From a virus (Duplodnaviria; Caudoviricetes): a stretch of DNA of 26,649 bases. Position 1 is the stretch's first letter. Each line of letters starts with the position of its first letter. Positions 1-6,537 of this stretch are shown in pieces. The position numbers and the translations under genes were made by a program. The DNA is taken from IMG/VR virus record IMGVR_UViG_3300049782_000019, positions 1 through 26,649 of that record, one strand, 5' to 3'. Below the pieces are notes generated by a model. It saw only the letters and a list, made by a program, of their open reading frames with translations. It was not told the origin of the DNA and did not search any database.

Positions 1-2
1 AC

Positions 3-332
3 GCCCCGCCCGTTCCGCAGCCCGGCCGGCCGCCGATGAGCTCCAAGGCCGTCGATGACACCGCGCGCATGCTCGGCGCCAGCGTCCTCATCGCTGTCAG
101 TGGCGGATCCGCCACCGCCGTCCTGTGGGCCTCCGGCTACGCCAACCCGGCCGTCGTCGCCTGCGTGTTCGGCGCCCCGGCCGCGCTCGTGCTGGCCATC
201 GGCCGCCTCGCCAAGCGCGTCAAGGAAGCCACCCCCGACGTCCACCACCACCACTACACCGGCCACGTCGACCAGCGCACCGTCCACACGAAGACCGCTG
301 GCCTGTGGGCCCGGACCAACAACCAGCAGTAG
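3..332 (+). CDS. Hypothetical membrane protein, 5' partial (frame open to the window edge)
   Basis: Frame is open from nt 3 (APPVPQPGRPPMSSK...). Two hydrophobic segments followed by a His-rich motif VHHHHYTG; GC3-rich codons. Confidence 0.65.
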   Translation, partial: APPVPQPGRPPMSSKAVDDTARMLGASVLIAVSGGSATAVLWASGYANPAVVACVFGAPAALVLAIGRLAKRVKEATPDVHHHHYTGHVDQRTVHTKTAGLWARTNNQQ

Positions 333-344
333 GAGAATGGCTGC

Positions 345-596
345 ATGAAGCCGCGCAAGGGTAAGCCGATGGTCGCCCGCCCCTACGTGCCCGACAGCGT
401 CCGGGAGCCGACAGCGAGCCAGCACGCGATCGTGCGGCGCTTGGGCCCGGGAGGGCTATGGAACCCGGCGCTGCAGGAGATCCTGAAGGCCGCCGACGAA
501 GTGGCCGCCGAACTCGGCAAGAAGCCCGACGAGCTCACCGACGCGGAAGCCGACCGGGCCATCGAGCTCGGCAAGCGGCGGCACGACGGAATGTGA
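345..596 (+). CDS. Hypothetical protein (83 aa)
   Basis: AGGAG RBS at 331-335, ATG at 345, normal codon usage, predicted helical C-terminal half. Confidence 0.7.
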   Translation: MKPRKGKPMVARPYVPDSVREPTASQHAIVRRLGPGGLWNPALQEILKAADEVAAELGKKPDELTDAEADRAIELGKRRHDGM

Positions 597-597
597 C

Positions 598-652
598 TGC
601 GCCTCAACGCCACCCAACGTGCCCCATCGCAGCCCACCCCGACTCAACGGTC
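598..652 (+). repeat. Degenerate 10-bp-phased repeat (CYCAH every 10 nt)
   Basis: CTCAA 603, CCCAA 613, CCCAT 623, CCCAC 633, CTCAA 643. Confidence 0.5.
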
Positions 653-654
653 GC

Positions 655-684
655 TTGACCCGGCGATCACCCGTATGTCACAGT
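655..684 (+). promoter_or_regulatory. Putative sigma70/HrdB-type (late) promoter
   Basis: TTGACC (655-660), 18-nt spacer, extended -10 TG-n-CACAGT (676-684), in the intergenic gap upstream of the co-oriented late genes. Confidence 0.5.
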
Positions 685-720
685 GCCCCCAGGGCAGGAC
701 ACGTGTGCCCGCAAGCCTCT

Positions 721-749
721 AGGCCCCCAGCTACTGCCGGGGGCCTTTT
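721..749 (+). terminator. Rho-independent terminator in the leader
   Basis: AGGCCCCC (721-728) / GGGGGCCT (739-746) 8-bp stem followed by TTT. Confidence 0.65.
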
Positions 750-769
750 GCATGCCCCGGGGAGGCCAC

Positions 770-1012
770 ATGGACGTCACCGAGCTGTACCCGGACGACC
801 TCGTCTACGAGCACGAAGCGACCGAAGCGACCGGAGTCCCCGGCCCGGTCATCCGGCAGTGGGCGCGACGGAAGAAGATCCGGAAGTTCCCCGGCGACGG
901 CCGGCTCACCGGGCAGGGCCACGAGTACAAGACGATGTACGCCCTGCCCGAGATACGCGAACGCGCCCGCACTTACCGGCCCATGCCGCAGCGCGCCCGC
1001 CGCGCCGCCTGA
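770..1012 (+). CDS. Small helix-turn-helix DNA-binding protein (MerR/excisionase-like), 80 aa
   Basis: GGAGG at 761-765, ATG at 770. EATEATGVPGPVIRQWARRKKI matches the MerR-type HTH pattern, with a wing ending in YALPEI. Confidence 0.7.
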   Translation: MDVTELYPDDLVYEHEATEATGVPGPVIRQWARRKKIRKFPGDGRLTGQGHEYKTMYALPEIRERARTYRPMPQRARRAA

Positions 1013-1016
1013 TCGT

Positions 1017-1051
1017 CCCGCCGTCCGGCCACCCCCGTCACGGACGGCGGG
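1017..1051 (+). terminator. Intergenic stem-loop (terminator or processing/stability hairpin)
   Basis: Perfect 11-bp stem CCCGCCGTCCG (1017-1027) / CGGACGGCGGG (1041-1051); weak U tract. Confidence 0.5.
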
Positions 1052-1074
1052 GCTTCCACAAGGGGGTGAGTCCC

Positions 1075-1458
1075 ATCGCGGACAACCTGACGAATACCGC
1101 CGAAAATCGAGCGCTCGACTTTCTGCTCGGTCTGGCGGCGACAGCCCCCACCACCCCGCTGAAAGTCGCGCTGGTCACCGCGAACGGTGACGACGCGACC
1201 GCGGGCACGGAGGTGACGGGCGGTTCCTACGCGCGGCAGAACCTGTCCGTCGCCGCGGCCGTGAACGGGGCAACCAGCAACAGCGCAGACCTCGTGTGGA
1301 GCGGCATGCCGGCCGCGACCGTGGTCGGGGTGGAGATCTGGGACTCGTCCGGAACCCCGGTCCGGCTCTGGTACGGGCCGCTATCCGCCTCGCGGACCGT
1401 GGCCGCGGGGGATGAGCTGCGGCTGACCGCGGGGTCGCTCACCCTGTCCCTGGCGTAG
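1075..1458 (+). CDS. Phage virion structural protein (small beta-rich fibre-associated family); start uncertain (ATC 1075 or GTG 1066)
   Basis: ADNLTNTAENRALD...EVTGGSYARQ...NSADLVW...IWDS...G.L...TV..GD.L..AGSL pattern typical of small phage fibre/structural proteins; SD-like GGGGGTGA at 1062-1069. Confidence 0.7.
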   Translation: MADNLTNTAENRALDFLLGLAATAPTTPLKVALVTANGDDATAGTEVTGGSYARQNLSVAAAVNGATSNSADLVWSGMPAATVVGVEIWDSSGTPVRLWYGPLSASRTVAAGDELRLTAGSLTLSLA

Positions 1459-1468
1459 GGAGGCGCTC

Positions 1469-2584
1469 GTGCCGAGCCTCTCGACCCTCCAGGACAACTT
1501 CAACGACGGTGTTGTCGGCCCCGAGTGGGGCAACTCCTACGGCGGCGTCAGCGAGACTGGCGGCCGGGCCCGCGTGCCCTGCACGACCGGGTTTGCCGGT
1601 TACCAGACCGCCTACAGTTGGACCTTGGCCGGCGCAGCGCTGTTCGTGAAGGTCGCCAGCATTCCGAACCCCGCCGGCGCGACCGAGGCGTACTGCGGTG
1701 TCCTCGTCAACTCCGGCACGGACGGCACCCGCATTGGCTTCACGATCAAAGCGGTTGGTGGGCTGCTGCGGATGCAGTCCGACAGCGGCTACTTTGACCC
1801 GGACGCCGTCGAGATCACCTACGACCCGGTCGCGCACGCGTTCCTGCGGCTGCGCGAGGACGGCAGCAACGTCTACTGGGACACCAGCCCCGACGGCACG
1901 ACCTGGACAAACCGGCGCACCCTCGCCACCCCAGCGTGGGTCCCGGCCGCCATCGACACCTGTGCCCTCGACCTGTCCGCCCACCGCGACGCCGGCACCC
2001 CCGACGAGGCCACCTACGACCTGTTCAACACACTGAACAACGGGGCCGTCCACGAAGGCGCCGCAGACCTCACGGCCAGCAGCGGACTCACCGCGACGGC
2101 CGCCGTCTCCCTCCACGCCGCCGCCGACCTCACAGCCGACGCCAACCTCAACGGCGCCCTCAGCCTGTCCGCGCGTGCCGCCGCCAACCTGTCCGCCCTC
2201 GCAGGCCTCGCGGCCGATGCGGACAGCAGCCCCATCCCGGAGGTGGCCCAGGTGTCCGCGGGAACCCAGAACCTCCTCATCGAACAAGGCTCCACGTTCG
2301 TTCAGACGTACACCGTCATCGAACCGGCCAACTGGACGTGGGACGGGTGGACTGCGCGAGCACAGATCAGGTCCGCTGCAGCCACCGACAACGGCGACCT
2401 TCTCCTCGACCTCACCCCCTACCTGATGGTCATCGGGGCCGCGGTCCGTCTGGCCATCCCCGCCGACGTCACCCAGAACCTCACCCGCAACGGCGTGTGG
2501 GACCTGGAGATGGTCCTCGGCTCCACCGTCGTGCGGCTGCTGCAGGGCCGGGTCACTGTGTCGCTGGAGGTGACCCGCGCATGA
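1469..2584 (+). CDS. Putative virion appendage protein: N-terminal beta-sandwich/lectin-like domain, 3x20-aa repeats, C-terminal LtfC/BppU-like adaptor domain
   Basis: GGGAGG RBS and GTG start. Begins DNFNDG; C-terminal NLLIEQGSTF...WTARAQIR...GVWDLEM...RLLQGRVTVSLEVTR is a typical fibre-attachment beta-sandwich. Confidence 0.7.
   Translation: MPSLSTLQDNFNDGVVGPEWGNSYGGVSETGGRARVPCTTGFAGYQTAYSWTLAGAALFVKVASIPNPAGATEAYCGVLVNSGTDGTRIGFTIKAVGGLLRMQSDSGYFDPDAVEITYDPVAHAFLRLREDGSNVYWDTSPDGTTWTNRRTLATPAWVPAAIDTCALDLSAHRDAGTPDEATYDLFNTLNNGAVHEGAADLTASSGLTATAAVSLHAAADLTADANLNGALSLSARAAANLSALAGLAADADSSPIPEVAQVSAGTQNLLIEQGSTFVQTYTVIEPANWTWDGWTARAQIRSAAATDNGDLLLDLTPYLMVIGAAVRLAIPADVTQNLTRNGVWDLEMVLGSTVVRLLQGRVTVSLEVTRA
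2051..2230 (+). repeat. Three in-frame 60-nt (20-aa) degenerate repeats
   Basis: HEGAADLTASSGLTATAAVS / LHAAADLTADANLNGALSLS / ARAAANLSALAGLAADADSS. Confidence 0.7.
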
Positions 2585-3672
2585 GGATCGCGGTCACCGG
2601 CGAGACCGAGCCCGACGCGATCGACGTCAGCGGCGGCCAGCCCGTCACCGTCGTCGAAGTCGACACGACGATCACTGTGGGCGGGTCGGACAAGCTGCCG
2701 CTCACGGGCGGCACCATCTCCGGCGCCCTGGTCATCGACCGGCACGGCGCCCCAGCAGGCCACCCGATCGGGCAGGCCGGGGCCGTCGAGTCGCTGTCCA
2801 TCCTGTCGTCGTTTGCTGGCGGCCCGGACGACGGGCAGCCCGGGCGCTTCGACTCGACCGGCCGCGCGAATTTCTACGCCTACCAGAACGCTAGCGTCGG
2901 CTCCTACGGGGAGACGATCCGCCACTTCCTCATGCGGGCGGACGCCAAGGCCATGGAAGCCTGGTACTTCCCGAGCGGCGGTTACGACGCCAACCGGGAG
3001 CCGGTGGGCAACTTCAAGCCGGTGGTGTGGGCGGGCGCGCACTGGGAGGCCAACGATCACGGCTCGCTTCACAAGCACTGGTCCGTCGAGACACCCGACG
3101 TCAGCGGCGCGATCCAGACGCGCTTCGAGATCCGCTTCGGCAACCCGACGGTCAGCAACGCGATCGCCGGGCTTGACAAGACGCTGATCATGACGAACCT
3201 GGCAGACCTGGTAGTTCGGTGCTCGAACGGCCAAGAGCTACGTCTCTCCAGCCCCGACGGCCAGGAGAAGAAGCTGACCTTCTCTCGCGACGCCGAAGGC
3301 AACCCGCAGTTCCGGCGTTGGACGATCCGCTCCACCAGCGAACCCGAGACCGGCGCGAACGCGGGCTCCAACTGGCAGCTGGTCCGCTACGACGACAGCG
3401 GCAATCTGATCGACACCCCGATCGTCGTCTCCCGCTCCACGGGCAACGTAACCCTCACGCCTGGCCTGGTCGTGCGGCGCGCGTCGTCGACCGTGTCGAG
3501 CCTCAGCCTGAACACCACCAGCCTCGGCGGCGGTGTCGGCGTGCTGGCCATCGGCAACGCGGGCACGGTGCCCGCCTCGAACCCGACCGGCGGAGGCGTC
3601 CTGTACGCCGAAGGCGGCGCCCTGAAGTGGAGAGGCAGCAATGGAACCGTCACCCAGCTCGCCGCAGCCTGA
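2581..3672 (+). CDS. Tail fibre/spike-like protein (363 aa)
   Basis: ATGA overlap with the upstream gene. Fibre motif KLPLTGGTISG; C-terminus GGGVGVLAIGNA...PTGGGVLYAEGGALKWRGSNGTVT is typical of actinophage fibres. Confidence 0.7.
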   Translation: MRIAVTGETEPDAIDVSGGQPVTVVEVDTTITVGGSDKLPLTGGTISGALVIDRHGAPAGHPIGQAGAVESLSILSSFAGGPDDGQPGRFDSTGRANFYAYQNASVGSYGETIRHFLMRADAKAMEAWYFPSGGYDANREPVGNFKPVVWAGAHWEANDHGSLHKHWSVETPDVSGAIQTRFEIRFGNPTVSNAIAGLDKTLIMTNLADLVVRCSNGQELRLSSPDGQEKKLTFSRDAEGNPQFRRWTIRSTSEPETGANAGSNWQLVRYDDSGNLIDTPIVVSRSTGNVTLTPGLVVRRASSTVSSLSLNTTSLGGGVGVLAIGNAGTVPASNPTGGGVLYAEGGALKWRGSNGTVTQLAAA

Positions 3673-3832
3673 CGGGCCGGAGGACTCGCTTGCCGAGGCC
3701 CGGCGGCTACTCGCCGAGGACGCCGAAGCCCGGATGCGCGCCTGCGCCGCAGAGATCGAGCAGGTACTCGCCAAGCACGGCATGCGCCTCGACGTCACCC
3801 CGCCCGCCATCACCATCGTGCCCGCACAGTAG
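3641..3832 (+). CDS. Small helical protein, possible fibre assembly chaperone
   Basis: GGAGAGG upstream of ATG 3641; 63 aa amphipathic helix directly after the fibre gene. Function inferred from position only. Confidence 0.55.
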   Translation: MEPSPSSPQPDGPEDSLAEARRLLAEDAEARMRACAAEIEQVLAKHGMRLDVTPPAITIVPAQ

Positions 3833-3841
3833 GAGACGACC

Positions 3842-4387
3842 ATGCCCACCAGCATCGCCGAGGGCAAGGACTGGTCCCTCCGTCTGTTCGAGCAGGTGAG
3901 GCCGGACACCGTGTGCGACGTCGGCCCCGGTGAAGGCACCTACGCCAAGCTGTTCCGGCCGGCGCATCACGGCGTGTGGTGGACCGCGATCGAGATCCAC
4001 CGGCCGTACATCCGGCGCTACGGGCTGAAGAACACGGCCAAGCGCAAGGACATGTACGACGAGGTCCACAACCTCGACGCCCACGTCGCGCCCGATCACC
4101 TGTTCTACCGGGACCTCGTCATCTTCGGTGACGTCCTGGAACACATGCCCCGCGAAGACGCTGTTGCTCTGCTGCAGAAGGCTGAGGCGGCCGGCTGCTG
4201 GAACATCCTCGTCAGTCTGCCGATCGTCGAATCCCCCCAGGGCGAAGTCGACGGCAACCCACACGAGGAGCACGTCCACCACTGGGACGCCGACGACATG
4301 GACTCCGTCCTCACCGAACTGGGCGGACGGGTCGAGTCGATGCGCGGCGAGACGCTCGGCGTGTGGTGGTGGTCGCGCCGTGGCTGA
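3842..4387 (+). CDS. Class I SAM-dependent methyltransferase
   Basis: AGGAG RBS. Motif I VCDVGPGEGTY, acidic residue at the end of beta2 (AIEI), DLVIFGDVLEHM motif. No DNA-MTase DPPY/NPPY or PC motif. Confidence 0.85.
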   Translation: MPTSIAEGKDWSLRLFEQVRPDTVCDVGPGEGTYAKLFRPAHHGVWWTAIEIHRPYIRRYGLKNTAKRKDMYDEVHNLDAHVAPDHLFYRDLVIFGDVLEHMPREDAVALLQKAEAAGCWNILVSLPIVESPQGEVDGNPHEEHVHHWDADDMDSVLTELGGRVESMRGETLGVWWWSRRG

Positions 4388-4604
4388 ACTGCATGGGTCC
4401 GACATCGAGATCATCGAGCAGCGGAAGGGGCCGATTGACGGCACCGACGTAGTGCTGCCGAACCTGGTCCGCATCAACGGCACCCCGGTCGCAATTCCTG
4501 CCGACTCCGTCATCAAGATCGGCGACATTGCGGACGGAGAACTCGTCACCGTCACCATCACCGTCTTCGCCCGCAGCGTCAGCATCCGAGCCGAAGAGAC
4601 CTGA
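4380..4604 (+). CDS. Hypothetical protein (74 aa)
   Basis: GTGGCTGA overlap with the methyltransferase stop; beta-rich sequence VRINGTPV...VTVTITVFARSV. Confidence 0.65.
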   Translation: MAELHGSDIEIIEQRKGPIDGTDVVLPNLVRINGTPVAIPADSVIKIGDIADGELVTVTITVFARSVSIRAEET

Positions 4605-4623
4605 CCCACGGAGGCCCGCGCCC

Positions 4624-4809
4624 ATGACCACTCACCGCATCCGCTTCGACGACGGTTCGACCGAACTCATTGAGGCAGCGTCCGTTGAGTACGACTACGA
4701 CGAGTCGGTGTTCCGCTTCCGAGACGAGGAAGGCCAGACGATCACCTGGGTGCCGAGCCTCAATGTCCGCAGCGTGACGGGCGGCAAGGCCCCAGCCGCA
4801 GGACAGTGA
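4624..4809 (+). CDS. Hypothetical protein (61 aa)
   Basis: GGAGG at 4610-4614, ATG at 4624; GTGA overlap with the next gene. Confidence 0.65.
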   Translation: MTTHRIRFDDGSTELIEAASVEYDYDESVFRFRDEEGQTITWVPSLNVRSVTGGKAPAAGQ

Positions 4810-5099
4810 GCGGCGGGTGGCAGGGCTCGGACCGCAAGGCACGGCTGCCGTCCGGCTGGGCGAAGATCCGGGCCCGCATCCTGGCCCGCGACCCGGTGTG
4901 CAAGCTGTGTGGCGTGCGGCCCTCGACGCACTGCGATCACATCGTGGCCAAGGCCGACGACCACAGCGAGCAAGGGCTCCAAGGCGTCTGTGGACCCTGC
5001 CACGACCGCAAGTCCAGCGCCGAAGGGAACGCCGCCCAGCGCGCCAACCCCAGGCCCGGACGGAAGAGACCGCCCGAAGACCACCCCGGACTGAGGTGA
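4806..5099 (+). CDS. HNH endonuclease, packaging-associated (HK97 gp74-like)
   Basis: W..IRARILARDPVCKLC...CDHI...LQGVCGPCHDRKS; 97 aa, upstream of the terminase genes. Confidence 0.85.
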   Translation: MSGGWQGSDRKARLPSGWAKIRARILARDPVCKLCGVRPSTHCDHIVAKADDHSEQGLQGVCGPCHDRKSSAEGNAAQRANPRPGRKRPPEDHPGLR

Positions 5100-5103
5100 A
5101 ACC

Positions 5104-5304
5104 GTGCCGCGCTACCTGATCGTGCACCCCCGGGACCAGCGCAGGGACGACGTCCTCATCGAGGACCCCCACCTCATCCTCAGCTTCGAAGCCGGCTGGG
5201 CCATCCTCGCCGACGACCGGGGCGTATGCCTCGCCATCCCCAGTGGGCAGGGAGCGTCCATCCAGCGGGTAGACGAACAGGAGCCCGCGCCGCAAGAGGA
5301 GTGA
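5104..5304 (+). CDS. Hypothetical protein (66 aa)
   Basis: GAGGTGA RBS, GTG start, fills the gap in the operon. Confidence 0.65.
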   Translation: MPRYLIVHPRDQRRDDVLIEDPHLILSFEAGWAILADDRGVCLAIPSGQGASIQRVDEQEPAPQEE

Positions 5305-5310
5305 TCCACT

Positions 5311-5538
5311 GTGGCAAGCCGAGGACGAGGCGACGCATCCACCCTTCGCAGGTACTGGACCACCGGACCAGGCGCAGCCAAGATCCGATGGGGAACAGCC
5401 GGAGACTGGACCAGGTGCACACGCCAGCTGCACAAGTACATGGGAGCCAGGGCCAAGGGCTACTGCCAACTCCTCCACCGCAGGGCCACAGGCGTGTACA
5501 CGGGCAGCAGGGCCAACGTGGGCAGCCGCAGGCGGTAG
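5311..5538 (+). CDS. Small basic hypothetical phage protein (75 aa)
   Basis: GAGGAG RBS; motif LRRYW..GPGAAKIRWG..GDWTRC...GYC..LH.RATG. Confidence 0.7.
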   Translation: MASRGRGDASTLRRYWTTGPGAAKIRWGTAGDWTRCTRQLHKYMGARAKGYCQLLHRRATGVYTGSRANVGSRRR

Positions 5539-5574
5539 GCAGCCAGCTACCCGAGGGGCAGGAGGGAGGCAGGC

Positions 5575-5778
5575 ATGGACGTCTCCCAGGTGCGGCAGCG
5601 TGTGCAGGCCATCGCCGACGCTGCCGATGACCCCGAAGACGCACACATGCGCGAGGACGAACTGCTCGTCGACGTGCTCAAGGTCATCGCCGCTGGCTCA
5701 GCAGGCGACCATGCCGTAGCCCTGGCCGGCGCCGCGCTGGAGGCCCAGAAGATCAAGTTCGAGCGCTGGTGCGCATGA
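5575..5778 (+). CDS. Hypothetical helical protein (67 aa)
   Basis: Strong AGGAGGGAGG RBS; D.EDAH..ED.L motif. Confidence 0.7.
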   Translation: MDVSQVRQRVQAIADAADDPEDAHMREDELLVDVLKVIAAGSAGDHAVALAGAALEAQKIKFERWCA

Positions 5779-5860
5779 TCACCCTGGGGGAAGATCCCCT
5801 CCCCATGATCTTTCCGGATCGGGGCCGTATAGCACCTGAGATCCCGCCCGGGTTTCCTAG
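5779..5860. other. Candidate cos/packaging-initiation region
   Basis: Non-coding gap between the packaging HNH cluster and terS; G-run/C-run element, clustered GATC, and a switch in G/C strand bias nearby. Inferred only. Confidence 0.4.
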
Positions 5861-5880
5861 GCGCCTGCGAGACTTGGGAC

Positions 5881-6459
5881 ATGTCCGATTCCTTGATCAC
5901 CTGCGTGCAGTGTGGGGTCTCCTTCCCGCGACGATCCCGGGGCCCGGTGCCCCGGTACTGTTCCGCAGCCTGTCGAGCTAGGGCCTGCGATGCGCGAGCG
6001 CAGAGCGATGGTCGCTTCGGCGAGTGGAACGAGGCGGCGAGGAGTCGGAGGCTCAAGCCGCGGGTGAGTCTGGCCTGCCCCTACTGCAAGTCGTCGTTCG
6101 AGTCCGCGCGGCCCGATCGGCAGAACTGCGGCAAGCGAGAGTGCCGAGCCAAGTGGCACTCGAAGCGGATGCAGCCTTATGTGCATGCCCGGCGCGCAGC
6201 CAAGGCCGGCGTTGGGTCGGAGGCATTCGACTCCGATGAGATCTTCCAGCGCGATGGCTGGCTTTGCTGGCTGTGCGGCGATGAAGCGCTGGCTGACGTT
6301 CCGAAGGACCACCCGATGCGGGCGACCTTGGATCACGTCATCCCGCTGGCGCGGGGCGGCGCGCACGCCAGGCACAACGTCCGGTGCGCACACCTGCGCT
6401 GCAACTTGAAGAAGGGTGACCGCCTCATGGGTGAGGCGAGCCCAGCAGAAGCTCGCTGA
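5881..6459 (+). CDS. Zinc-finger HNH endonuclease (probable free-standing homing endonuclease)
   Basis: CVQC..YCSAAC and CPYC..NCGKREC zinc fingers, then IFQRDGWLCWLC...TLDHVIPLARGGAH...NVRCAHLRCNLKKG. Atypical codons (CGA, GAT, TGT, CTT). Confidence 0.85.
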   Translation: MSDSLITCVQCGVSFPRRSRGPVPRYCSAACRARACDARAQSDGRFGEWNEAARSRRLKPRVSLACPYCKSSFESARPDRQNCGKRECRAKWHSKRMQPYVHARRAAKAGVGSEAFDSDEIFQRDGWLCWLCGDEALADVPKDHPMRATLDHVIPLARGGAHARHNVRCAHLRCNLKKGDRLMGEASPAEAR

Positions 6460-6461
6460 GA

Positions 6462-6534
6462 ACCCTGGAGGTCTAGGCGGGCTGTCATCCGTGGCCCTGG
6501 AGGCTGCGCGTACCCGTCCCGGACCCTGGAGGTC
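6462..6534 (+). promoter_or_regulatory. Three CCCTGGAGG repeats forming CUGGA-loop hairpins in the terS leader
   Basis: CCCTGGAGG at 6463, 6495 and 6524, each closed by a stem; the third contains the terS SD. Confidence 0.55.
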
Positions 6535-6537
6535 GCC

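Noticed and set aside
619-1074. N-terminal extensions in the ORF track (619, 1936, 8593, 10761, 22999 starts)
   Set aside because: They overlap upstream genes or regulatory hairpins; RBS position and stop/start overlaps support the later starts used here.
3842-4387. Methyltransferase as a DNA modification or anti-restriction enzyme
   Set aside because: Lacks DPPY/NPPY or PC catalytic motifs and is short; resembles small-molecule or glycan methyltransferases.
5769-5981. 70-aa ORF across the putative cos gap
   Set aside because: Overlaps the HNH gene out of frame, no RBS, atypical composition.
6462-6534. CCCTGGAGG repeats as a mini-CRISPR array
   Set aside because: Repeat only 9 bp with ~20-bp gaps, no cas genes; better explained as RNA hairpins or protein-binding sites.
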